Source: an uncultured Acidobacteriota bacterium (lineage in GTDB: Bacteria; Acidobacteriota; JAQAZP01). Taken from it: a stretch of 64,000 bases of DNA. The position numbers and the translations under genes were made by a program. This document shows positions 10,424 to 19,487 of the stretch, piece after piece. The stretch lies in contig CAWIIB010000001.1 in NCBI GenBank assembly GCA_963836075.1, positions 1,216,001-1,280,000 of the forward strand, read 5' to 3'. The notes below the pieces were generated by a model. That model was not told the DNA's origin. It saw only the letters and a program-made list of their open reading frames with translations, and did not search any database. Position 1 is the stretch's first letter. Each line of letters opens with the position of its first letter.

Positions 10424-11494
10424 TTACGACAGCATGGAGTTGCTGCACTGGTCGGCGAAGCTCGACTTGTCGATGGCCTTGAAGTAGGCCGCCTCGGGGG
10501 TGATCCGTCCCTGGTTCACCATCTCCTGCAGCGCCTGGTCCATGGTCTGCATGCCCTCGGTGGCCCCGGTCTGGATGATCGAGGTGATCTGGGAGAGCTT
10601 GTTCTCCCGGATCAGGTTGCCCACACCGGACTTGCTGAGCAGGATCTCCACCGCGGCGCAGCGGCCCTTGCCGTCGGCGGTCTTGAGCAGCTGCTGGGCC
10701 AGCACCGCTTTCAGCGAATCGCTGAGCATGTTGCGGACCTGGCCCTGCTGGCTGGCGGAAAAGGCGCTGATGATCCGGTCGATGGTCTTGACCGCCGAGT
10801 TGGTGTGCAAGGTGCCGAACACCAGAATCCCCAGCTCGGCACAGGTCAGGGCCAGGGAAATGGTCTCCAGGTCGCGCATCTCCCCCACCAGGATGATGTC
10901 CGGGTCCTCCCGTGAAGCCACGCGCAGCGCCTCGGCGAAGCTGCGGGCATGGGTCCCGATTTCCCGCTGGGTCATCAGGGACTGCTTGTTGGGATGGACA
11001 AATTCCACCGGGTCCTCGATGGTGATGATGTGCTTCTCCTGGGTGCGATTGATCTGGTCCACGATCGCCGCCAACGTGGTGGACTTTCCCGACCCGGTGG
11101 GCCCGGTGACCAGGATCAGCCCTTTGCGGACCTCGAGGATCCGCTGCACGCCAATGGGCATCCCCAGATCTTCGAGGCTCTTGATCCTGGTGGGGATCTC
11201 CCGGAACACGGCCGACAGGCCCCGCTGCTGGTAAAAGAAATTGCAGCGGAACCGGGCCAGCCCCGGCACCTCATAGGCCATGTCCAGCTCCAGTGTGTCC
11301 TTCAGCTTCTTCTGCTGTGCGGGGTTGAGGATCTCCAGAAACAGCTGTTCGTTGGAGGCGTGGGTCCGCGCCTCGTGGCCGGTGGGCACCAGGTCACCAT
11401 GCAGCCGCAGCAACGGCGGCATGGCCGGTACCACGTGAAGGTCCGAAGCTCCGGCCTTGACCATCTCCTGGAACAGTGTGTCGATCTGCGGCAT
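10424..11494 (-). CDS. pilT: Type IV pilus retraction ATPase, PilT family
   Basis: ASDLH, RFRCN, Walker A GPTGSGKST, TIEDPVE, REDPDIILVGEMRD, GTLHT, NLIRE. Confidence 0.92.
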   Translation of the reverse strand: MPQIDTLFQEMVKAGASDLHVVPAMPPLLRLHGDLVPTGHEARTHASNEQLFLEILNPAQQKKLKDTLELDMAYEVPGLARFRCNFFYQQRGLSAVFREIPTRIKSLEDLGMPIGVQRILEVRKGLILVTGPTGSGKSTTLAAIVDQINRTQEKHIITIEDPVEFVHPNKQSLMTQREIGTHARSFAEALRVASREDPDIILVGEMRDLETISLALTCAELGILVFGTLHTNSAVKTIDRIISAFSASQQGQVRNMLSDSLKAVLAQQLLKTADGKGRCAAVEILLSKSGVGNLIRENKLSQITSIIQTGATEGMQTMDQALQEMVNQGRITPEAAYFKAIDKSSFADQCSNSMLS

Positions 11495-11502
11495 GGCGAT
11501 TC

Positions 11503-12564
11503 CTACCCCCGATTCACCGGAGTTTTCACAGCCTTGTTGGTGGTGGAATACATCGCCGCCGCCTCGGCAGTGATCACTCCGGCTTTCAGCAGGTCCAGGA
11601 TCGAATCGTCCAGCACATGCATCCCCACCCCGCGGCCGGTCTGCATGATGTTCCCCAGCTGGTAGGTTTTGCCGGTGCGGATCAGATTGGTCATCGGTAC
11701 CGTACCGATCATGATCTCGGTGGCCAGCGCCCGGCCCGTTCCATCGGCCCGGGGAATCAGCTGCTGGGTGATCACCGCCCGCAGGCTTTCGGCGAGCATG
11801 GTGCGGATCTGGTTCTGCTCCTCCGCGGGGAAGGAGTCGATCAACCGGTCCACGGTCTTGGGCCCTGAGGAGGTGGAAAGGGTGCCCAGCACCAGGTGCC
11901 CGGTCTCGCTGGCTTCGATGGCCAGCCGGATGGCTTCCAGGTCACGAAGCTCCCCCACCATGATCACGTCGGGGTCCTCGCGCAATGCCGCACGGAGCGC
12001 ATTTTCAAAGGATTGAGTATTGCGGCCCAGTTCCCGCTGATTGACGATCCCCTTCTTGATCGGGTGGACGAACTCGATGGGGTCCTCCACGGTGAGGACA
12101 TGTACTGCCCGGTTGCTGTTGATCAGGTCGATCATCGCCGCCAGGGTGGTGGATTTCCCCTGGCCGGTGGCGCCGGTGACCATGATCAGTCCCTGGTGGA
12201 AATCACAGAACTGGGGCACAACCTCCGGGAGCCCCAGCTTTTCCAGGCTGGGAATCTGGAGCGGAATGATCCGGAAAGTGGCATCATAGCCATGGCGCTG
12301 CAGTACCACGCTGCAGCGGAACCGCGCCACGTCAGGTATCTGGTAGCTGAAATCGAGTTGGAGGTGCTTGCCCAGTTGAGTCCGCTGATAGGGGCTGAGC
12401 AGTTCGAGCACCAGGGCCTGAACCGCCTCGGCGGTGAGCGGCTGTGACTTCATTTTCTGCAACCGGCCAAAACGCCGGAAGATAAACGGGCTGCCCGTGG
12501 GGACATGAAGGTCTGACGCACCAGCCTTTACCGCCATCTGCAATACGCTGTCCAATCGGGCCAT
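11503..12564 (-). CDS. pilT: Type IV pilus retraction ATPase, PilT/PilU family paralog
   Basis: ASDLH, GATGQGKST, EDPIE, LREDPDVIMVGELRD, ETGHLVLGTLST. Confidence 0.88.
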   Translation of the reverse strand: MARLDSVLQMAVKAGASDLHVPTGSPFIFRRFGRLQKMKSQPLTAEAVQALVLELLSPYQRTQLGKHLQLDFSYQIPDVARFRCSVVLQRHGYDATFRIIPLQIPSLEKLGLPEVVPQFCDFHQGLIMVTGATGQGKSTTLAAMIDLINSNRAVHVLTVEDPIEFVHPIKKGIVNQRELGRNTQSFENALRAALREDPDVIMVGELRDLEAIRLAIEASETGHLVLGTLSTSSGPKTVDRLIDSFPAEEQNQIRTMLAESLRAVITQQLIPRADGTGRALATEIMIGTVPMTNLIRTGKTYQLGNIMQTGRGVGMHVLDDSILDLLKAGVITAEAAAMYSTTNKAVKTPVNRG

Positions 12565-12770
12565 TTCGAGCTACACCTTTCGATGGGATGGAAATTCCCT
12601 ACCTACTCCTATCGAGAAACCATCCCTCCGGCTTGAGCGCCGGGGGTAAATAACCGCCGCCAGGCAATTGACAGCCGTCCACAAGCGGTCGACAATATCG
12701 GGAGGCGAAAGGGCCGCATCACCGCGGCCGGACCTGCAACGATTTGCAGAAGGGACGCCGAATCAACCTG

Positions 12771-15700
12771 ATGCAACAGACAGCCCATACAGGACCTGGC
12801 CCCGGCACCGGTTTCCGGCCATTGTCCGTTCTGATCGTTTTCCTCGCCTGGACGGTCCTTTTCCCGGCATGGCCGGCCCGGGCCCAGTCCTACCTGGTGC
12901 ACCAGTACGGCGTGGACACCGGCCTGCCTCACCCCACTGTCTACGGCATGACCCAGCACCGGGACGGCCGGATCTGGTTCGCCACACAAAACGGCATCGC
13001 CGCATTCGACGGGCTGGAATGGACGTCTTACATCAGCCCCAACGACCTCCCCGCCGACACGTACCGCCACATCTGCACCGACAATCGCCACCGGATCTGG
13101 GCCGCGGCTCCCATGACAAAAAGAATGCTCTCGGTATTCGATGGCCGGGCCTGGACCGCGCGGGAAGGGCCCGAGGAACTGGTCCACGACAGGTCGGTCG
13201 AGCTCACCGGGCTGGCCGTGCTGGCAAGCAACACCGGGGAAACCGTTCTCCTGGGCACGCTGGCCCACGGTCTCTGGCTGCTCAAAGACGAATCCTGGCA
13301 TCGAATCGTCTCCAGGGACGGCCTGATCGATCAGCAGATCCACTCGGTCATGGTTGGCCGGGACAGGTTTTACGTGGCTTCCGGCCGGGGTCTGGCCACG
13401 GTGAGCGCAACCGGTGAGATCAATACGGCCCTCACCGCCGCCCTGCCCCCGGAGTGCGCGACCATCCGGGCCATCCAGGTGGTCTGCCCGCCCGAAGATT
13501 CCGCCACCGGCACCCCCTCACCTGAACTCTGGGTCCTCACCGACGGGTGGATCGGCTCCATCCGGGAGAGCATGCTGCAGGTGGCCCACCGCCATGTCCT
13601 CCGCGCCTATCAGAGCGAGCACATCCAGCCGACGCTGCAGAAGGGCCCTGGACAGGCCATTTTTTACGCCACCCGTTATGACCTGTTCTATCTCGATCTG
13701 GAATCCTCCCGGGTGGAGCGGTTGGGGCGGTCCAGCGGACTGAATAACGAGGGGGCCACCGACCTCCTGCTGGACCGGGAAGGCAATATATGGATATCCG
13801 GCAGCCGCGGCGTGAGCAAGATCGCCTCCATGCGGTTCGGCACCCTGAGGTCGGTGCACGGACTTCTGGAAGACGAGGTAACCGCGGTCTGCGAACCCCG
13901 GGCCGGCACCCTGGTCTTTGGCCACAACAACGGGATCACCATCAGCGACAACGGCCTCCTGACAACAAAGGCCATCCCGGACCGCCAGCGCAACCGGTCG
14001 GTACCGCCGCGTATTCTCGATATGTATCGCGACGACGACGGCACGGTCTGGCTGGCCGGCAGCGGCGCAGGCCTGGGCCATTTGCAGGCCTCGGGAAGCT
14101 GGCGGTGGCAGGACCTCCCCGCCGGGGTCAACTCGGTCCTGCGCGATGGCGCGGGACAGCTGCTGGCCGGCACCAACAGCGGGGTGTTTGTCCTGGACGG
14201 TGATCGCTTTGTCCACACCGACTTCGTGGATCCCCACTGCAGGGTGCGGCGCCTGTTCAGCGGGAATGACGGCAGCACGTATATTGCGACCATGGCCAAC
14301 GGCCTTTTTTGCCGGCGTGCTGGCCGGACTGATCACATCCCCGGCCCGGATAAAACCGCGGTCCTGAACGTCTACAGCATCCTCGAAGACCGTGAGGGCC
14401 GCTTCTGGGTCGGAACCAGAGCCGGCCTCTACATCAAAGAGAACGGCCGCCTGGTCCGCCCGGCCAATACCCGACTGGTCTTCCCCCGCGCTGTTTTTTT
14501 CATCGTCCAGGATGAGACCGGCCTGCACTGGTTCGGCACGGACGACGGCCTCTTTTGCTGGGACGGAGAAGCTCTGCGGCACTACACCATGCGTGATGGG
14601 CTGGCCGGAAGAGAGACCAACCGGGCCGCGGCCCTGGTGGATCACTCGGGCCGGCTGTGGGTCGGCACCGACTCCGGAGTCTCCGTCTACCGCAAGGCTT
14701 TTACACGTGAACACGTGCCGCCGCTGGTCCAGCTGGATCACCTGCTGTCCGGGGATGACCGGTACGCCCTGGGGGAACCCCTTTCCCTGGACCACCAAAG
14801 CAACACTCTCGAGTTCCACTACCGGGCGGTCTCCTTTCTCGATGAACGGGGCATCCTCTACTCCTACCGGCTGGAAGGGTTCGAACAGCAGTGGCGAGAT
14901 CCCGTACCGGCCGGGCACCGTTCGGTCCGCTACACCAACCTGCCGCCGGGCCGCTACCGGTTTCTGCTCCGCGCGGCCAACGCCGAAGGTATCTGGTCCT
15001 CGCCGGTGGTATCCAACTGGATTGTGATCAACAAGCCGTTCTGGAATCGCTGGTGGTTCTATCTCTGCTGCGTCCTCCTGCTGGGCCTGCTCGTCTACCT
15101 GGCCAACGCGACCCTGCTCCAGTATCGCTACACCGCAAAACTGGAGAGCGAGGTGAACGCCCGGACAGTCAAACTGGCCGAATCGGAAAATCGCTACCGT
15201 CTGCTCTTCGACAACGCGGCGGTGGCCAAGCTGCTGATCCACCCGGAAGGGACACGGATCCTGGAGGCCAACGACTCGGCCTGCCGCCTCACCGGGGTGC
15301 CGCGGCGGGAGCTGGTGGGCGCCGCTGCCGGGGAGACCGGCGCGGAGTGGCTGCAGGAACTGGGCCGCCGGATCGTAGCCGTCCCGCACAATGGAGACCT
15401 GGAGTTTACCGGGTTCCAGCAACCGGGGGGGGAAAATCAGCGCGAAGTGGAGGTACACGCCTCTTTCCTGACCATCGACGGTGAACCTCGGGTATTGGCC
15501 ATGGCCCAGGACATCACCGAGAAGCGGCGTCTGGAGAGCGAGCGGCTGCGAGCCAGCAAGCTCGAGTCGCTGGGCCTGCTGGCCGGCGGCATCGCCCATG
15601 ACTTCAACAACTACCTCACCGGGATCCTGGGAAACATCTCCCTGGCCCGCCGGCTCTCCTCCAGGGGCGATGATGTCACCGACCTGCTGGAAGAGGCCGA

Positions 15701-16685
15701 AGAGTCGGTGCCCCGCGCCAGACACCTCACCAGCCTGCTGTTGACCTTTGCCAAGGGAGGCACGCCGGTGAGGAGGCCGCTGGACCTGGCCCGCGTGGCG
15801 CAGTCGGCAGCGTCATTTTCAGTCACCGGTTCGGGCATCACCTGTGTCTGCGACATCGAAGAAACGCTCTGGCCGGTGGAGGCTGACGAGGGTCAGATGG
15901 GCCAGGTGGTGAGCAACCTGGTGATCAACGCTGTCCAGGCCTCGAACAGCCGGGGCAAGATCACTCTCAGTGTGTCGAACTGCGAGCCGGATGAGGACAA
16001 CCGCCGCGTCCCTCCGGAAGGCCCCTCCGTCAAGCTGACCGTTCAGGACGAGGGTGCGGGAATCGATCCCCGCATCATGGACCAGATCTTCGACCCCTAT
16101 TTCAGCACCCGGGATTCGGGGAGCGGCCTCGGCCTGGCCACCGTCTACTCCATCGTCACCAGGCACCAGGGAACCGTGAAGATCGAATCCGTACCCGGAG
16201 CAGGGACCACGGCCATGGTTCTGATACCGGCCAGCCCCGGCGCGGTCATCGAGGAGGATGTGGAAGAAGAGGAGATGACCACACTGGAACCGATCGGAAA
16301 GGGGCGGGTTCTGGTGATGGACGACGAGCAGTCCCTGCGCCGCTACTACCACCGGGTGCTCACCTTCCTCGGCTACCAGCCAGAAACGGTCCCCGATGGC
16401 GAATCGGCCATCAACCTCTACCTCGAGGCCGCCGAATCGGGACGGCCCTTCGAACTGGTGATACTCGACCTCACCGTTCCCGGCGGCATGGGCGGCGAAG
16501 AGACGTTCCGAATTCTGCGGCAGGAGGACCCGGACGTGAGAGCCATCGTCTCCAGCGGGTACTCCAACGACCCGGTGGTGGCCAACCACCGGGAGGCCGG
16601 ATTTGTCGACCTGCTGAGAAAACCGCTCTCCACCAGCGACCTGGCCCGGGTCATGAGAAGAGTGCAGGAGCAGCAGGACTCCTGA
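12771..16685 (+). CDS. Hybrid sensor histidine kinase/response regulator with periplasmic Reg_prop propellers, Y_Y_Y, PAS, HisKA, HATPase and REC domains
   Basis: DGRIWFAT/EGRFWVGT repeats, YRLEGFE..YTNLPPGRYRF, PFWNRWWF TM segment, LAGGIAHDFNN, NLVINA, FDPYFST, GLGL, C-terminal VLVMDDE..ILDLTVP. Confidence 0.93.
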   Translation: MQQTAHTGPGPGTGFRPLSVLIVFLAWTVLFPAWPARAQSYLVHQYGVDTGLPHPTVYGMTQHRDGRIWFATQNGIAAFDGLEWTSYISPNDLPADTYRHICTDNRHRIWAAAPMTKRMLSVFDGRAWTAREGPEELVHDRSVELTGLAVLASNTGETVLLGTLAHGLWLLKDESWHRIVSRDGLIDQQIHSVMVGRDRFYVASGRGLATVSATGEINTALTAALPPECATIRAIQVVCPPEDSATGTPSPELWVLTDGWIGSIRESMLQVAHRHVLRAYQSEHIQPTLQKGPGQAIFYATRYDLFYLDLESSRVERLGRSSGLNNEGATDLLLDREGNIWISGSRGVSKIASMRFGTLRSVHGLLEDEVTAVCEPRAGTLVFGHNNGITISDNGLLTTKAIPDRQRNRSVPPRILDMYRDDDGTVWLAGSGAGLGHLQASGSWRWQDLPAGVNSVLRDGAGQLLAGTNSGVFVLDGDRFVHTDFVDPHCRVRRLFSGNDGSTYIATMANGLFCRRAGRTDHIPGPDKTAVLNVYSILEDREGRFWVGTRAGLYIKENGRLVRPANTRLVFPRAVFFIVQDETGLHWFGTDDGLFCWDGEALRHYTMRDGLAGRETNRAAALVDHSGRLWVGTDSGVSVYRKAFTREHVPPLVQLDHLLSGDDRYALGEPLSLDHQSNTLEFHYRAVSFLDERGILYSYRLEGFEQQWRDPVPAGHRSVRYTNLPPGRYRFLLRAANAEGIWSSPVVSNWIVINKPFWNRWWFYLCCVLLLGLLVYLANATLLQYRYTAKLESEVNARTVKLAESENRYRLLFDNAAVAKLLIHPEGTRILEANDSACRLTGVPRRELVGAAAGETGAEWLQELGRRIVAVPHNGDLEFTGFQQPGGENQREVEVHASFLTIDGEPRVLAMAQDITEKRRLESERLRASKLESLGLLAGGIAHDFNNYLTGILGNISLARRLSSRGDDVTDLLEEAEESVPRARHLTSLLLTFAKGGTPVRRPLDLARVAQSAASFSVTGSGITCVCDIEETLWPVEADEGQMGQVVSNLVINAVQASNSRGKITLSVSNCEPDEDNRRVPPEGPSVKLTVQDEGAGIDPRIMDQIFDPYFSTRDSGSGLGLATVYSIVTRHQGTVKIESVPGAGTTAMVLIPASPGAVIEEDVEEEEMTTLEPIGKGRVLVMDDEQSLRRYYHRVLTFLGYQPETVPDGESAINLYLEAAESGRPFELVILDLTVPGGMGGEETFRILRQEDPDVRAIVSSGYSNDPVVANHREAGFVDLLRKPLSTSDLARVMRRVQEQQDS

Positions 16686-16749
16686 TCACCGGCCCTCGCC
16701 ACACCCTTTTCAGCGGATGATTTCCACGGTGGGATTCGGGTGCGCTCCG

Positions 16750-16758
16750 TGGTATGAT
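16750..16758 (+). promoter_or_regulatory. Extended -10 promoter element upstream of the aminotransferase
   Basis: TGgTATGAT about 100 bp upstream of the start. Confidence 0.4.
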
Positions 16759-16858
16759 CGCGCCGTTTTCGCTCGGCGGCGGTGGTTTCCGCCGCCGGAA
16801 CGGATGACGATCGGGCGGGAGCCGGGTGGCGGTTCTCCCCCGGCGGAGGAAACGTGTG

Positions 16859-18301
16859 ATGTCCAGGTCGATTGTATTGAACCGGAACGTGATCGAGATG
16901 GAATACGCCGTTCGGGGACCGATCCCCCAGCGGGCTGCCGTACTTCGCCAGCAGGGGATGAAGACCATCCCCTGCAACATCGGCAACCCCCAGGCGCTGG
17001 GGCAGAAACCGATCTCCTTTTACCGCCAGGTGCTCAGCCTGGCCGAGATGCCCTCCCGGATTGGCCGCGAACGCGCGCTGAACGCCTTGCGCCGCCGCGA
17101 CAGCCGGTCGTTCCCTGGCCTGGACGAAGGGGACTTCTGCTCGGACTACGTGCTCGACTTCACCGACCGGATGCTGGGCCTGCTGGAGACCGGCACCGGG
17201 GCCTACACCGACAGCAAGGGTCCGGCCTTTATCCGCCGCGCGGTGGCGGACTTCATCGACCGCCGTGACGGGGTGACCCCGGCGAGCGGTATCCCGGCCG
17301 ACCCGGAGGCGATCTTTCTCACCGACGGGGCCAGCGAAGGGGCGAAAAATGTCATCGAGGCGCTGATCACCAAAGAGAACGACGGGATCATGATCCCCAT
17401 CCCGCAGTATCCACTCTACTCGGCCACCATCACCCGCTGCGGCGGCGCCCAGGTCAACTATTACCCCGACGAAGAGAACGGCTGGGTCCTCAACCGCGCC
17501 ATCCTCGACGAGGGCCTGGCTGATGCCCGCCGCCGGGGCGTCAATCTCAAGGCCATCGTGGTGATCAACCCGGGTAACCCCACCGGCGCCATTCTCGACG
17601 AGGAGAGCGTGCGGGTGGTGATCAGCTTCGCCCTGGAGAACGGGCTGGCCATCATCGCCGACGAGGTCTACCAGGAGAACCTCTACGGCGGGGAGTTCTT
17701 CTCCTTGGCCCGGATACTGGGCCAGGAAAAGGAGGTCACGCTGTTCAGCCTGCACAGCGCCTCCAAGGGCTTCTACGGCGAGTGCGGCCACCGCGGCGGC
17801 TACCTGGAAGTGCGCAACCCGCCGGCGGTTGAAGGCAGCGAGATCCCCTTCCTCGACGTGATGTTCAAACAGGCCTCGGTGAATCTCTGCTCCAACACGG
17901 TGGGCCAGATTCTGATCTACCTCATGGCCAGTTCGCCGGAACCGGGCAGCGACCTCTACCACCAGTTCACCACCGAACGCCAGGGAGTGCTGGACGACCT
18001 CTACGGCAAGGCCACCATGATCAGGGAGGCCTTCACGTCGATGGAGGGGATGGAGTGCTTCGGACGCACCGGAGCGATGTATCTCTTCCCCCGGCTGGGG
18101 CGGCTGCCCGCCGGCACCGGCGACTTCGACTACTGCATGAACCTCCTGGAAACCACCGGCCTCTGCACGGTCAACGGGTCGGGTTTCGGACAGCAGGAGA
18201 ACACCCATCACCTGCGGATCGCCTTCCTGCCTCCACGAGAGATGCTGGAGGAGATCCTGCCCCGCTGGATCGAGTTTCACAACGACTATGTCACGGGCTG
18301 A
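16859..18301 (+). CDS. Alanine aminotransferase (class I/II PLP), eukaryote ALT/GGAT-like
   Basis: YAVRG, CNIGNPQALGQKP, GAYTDSKG, PIPQYPLYSA, INPGNPTG, ADEVYQEN, SASKGFYGECGHRGGY, GAMYLFP, GSGFGQ; GGAGGA RBS. Confidence 0.9.
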   Translation: MSRSIVLNRNVIEMEYAVRGPIPQRAAVLRQQGMKTIPCNIGNPQALGQKPISFYRQVLSLAEMPSRIGRERALNALRRRDSRSFPGLDEGDFCSDYVLDFTDRMLGLLETGTGAYTDSKGPAFIRRAVADFIDRRDGVTPASGIPADPEAIFLTDGASEGAKNVIEALITKENDGIMIPIPQYPLYSATITRCGGAQVNYYPDEENGWVLNRAILDEGLADARRRGVNLKAIVVINPGNPTGAILDEESVRVVISFALENGLAIIADEVYQENLYGGEFFSLARILGQEKEVTLFSLHSASKGFYGECGHRGGYLEVRNPPAVEGSEIPFLDVMFKQASVNLCSNTVGQILIYLMASSPEPGSDLYHQFTTERQGVLDDLYGKATMIREAFTSMEGMECFGRTGAMYLFPRLGRLPAGTGDFDYCMNLLETTGLCTVNGSGFGQQENTHHLRIAFLPPREMLEEILPRWIEFHNDYVTG

Positions 18302-18439
18302 GTCGCGCCCGGTTCAAAAAAGAGTATCTCCACTTCTGAAGTATCGTGGCCGCCCGGCCTGGCGGGGCATCAGCCCCTGCCCGGCCGCCGGCCGTGGAGC
18401 CCCCCGGTGGACAATGGCGGCGGGGCGGGGAGCAGTGCC

Positions 18440-19300
18440 ATGCGCCGTCTGAAGATCACAAACCTGGCCGCCATCCTCATCGGATCGGCGATCATGGGCT
18501 TCGGCATCAACTATTTCAACATTGCCAACAACCTGGCCGAGGGGGGTGTCACCGGCATCGCCATCCTGCTCAAACTGAGCTTCGACCTCGACCCCGGGCT
18601 GACCTCGCTGCTGATCAATATCCCCCTGCTGCTGCTGGGCTGGAAGGTGCTGGGCCGCATCACCCTGGTCTACACGGTATTCGGCACACTCTGCGTCTCA
18701 TTCTTCCTCTGGCTCTTCGGCCGCTACCGGCTGCCCCTGGACGACATCCTCCTGGCCTCGCTCTTTGCCGGGGCCTTTGTCGGCATCGGGCTGGGGATCA
18801 TCTTCCGCTTCGGCGGCACCACCGGCGGCGTGGACATCATCGCCCGCATCTGCCACAAGTATTTCGGCTGGCGGATCGGCCGCACGATCCTGGTGGCCGA
18901 TATGCTGGTCATCGCCGTCTCACTGATCCACCTCACCGTGCAGCAGGCGATGTACACCGTGGTGGCCGTCTTTGTGGGGGCACGGGTGATCGACGTGGTG
19001 CAGGATGCCGCCTATTCGGCACGGGCGGTGTTCATCATCTCCGACCAGGAGCCGGAGATCGCCAAACGGATCATGGCCCACATGAACCGCGGGGTGACCG
19101 TACTCAAAGGCACCGGCGGCTACACCGACCGGGACAAGGCGGTGATCTACACCGTGGTCAGCCGTTACGAGATCGTCAAGCTGAAGAACCTGATCCAGCG
19201 CATCGATCCAGCGGCCTTCATCTCCATCCAGCAGGCCAACGAGGTGATGGGCGAAGGCTTCACCCTCGACACCAACAAACAGCCGCTCTTCGAAGAATGA
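18440..19300 (+). CDS. YitT family membrane protein (DUF2179)
   Basis: LAEGGVTG, NIPL, GGTTGGVDI, RGVT..G.GGYT, IDPAAFI. Confidence 0.92.
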   Translation: MRRLKITNLAAILIGSAIMGFGINYFNIANNLAEGGVTGIAILLKLSFDLDPGLTSLLINIPLLLLGWKVLGRITLVYTVFGTLCVSFFLWLFGRYRLPLDDILLASLFAGAFVGIGLGIIFRFGGTTGGVDIIARICHKYFGWRIGRTILVADMLVIAVSLIHLTVQQAMYTVVAVFVGARVIDVVQDAAYSARAVFIISDQEPEIAKRIMAHMNRGVTVLKGTGGYTDRDKAVIYTVVSRYEIVKLKNLIQRIDPAAFISIQQANEVMGEGFTLDTNKQPLFEE

Positions 19301-19487
19301 CGCCGGACTCCTTTTCGCTAAAGGTCGCAATTTCCCTCAGGGGGCAATTCCCGATTGAAAGTCGTTCCCGGGAATGGTAGTGTACTTGCGCCTTGTTGCA
19401 GGCGAGGAGCACTACCACAGGCCCGCCACCCGGCACAGCTGAATGAACTGCAACGAGACCCGGATCAGATCACCTGGAGGTTCTCCC

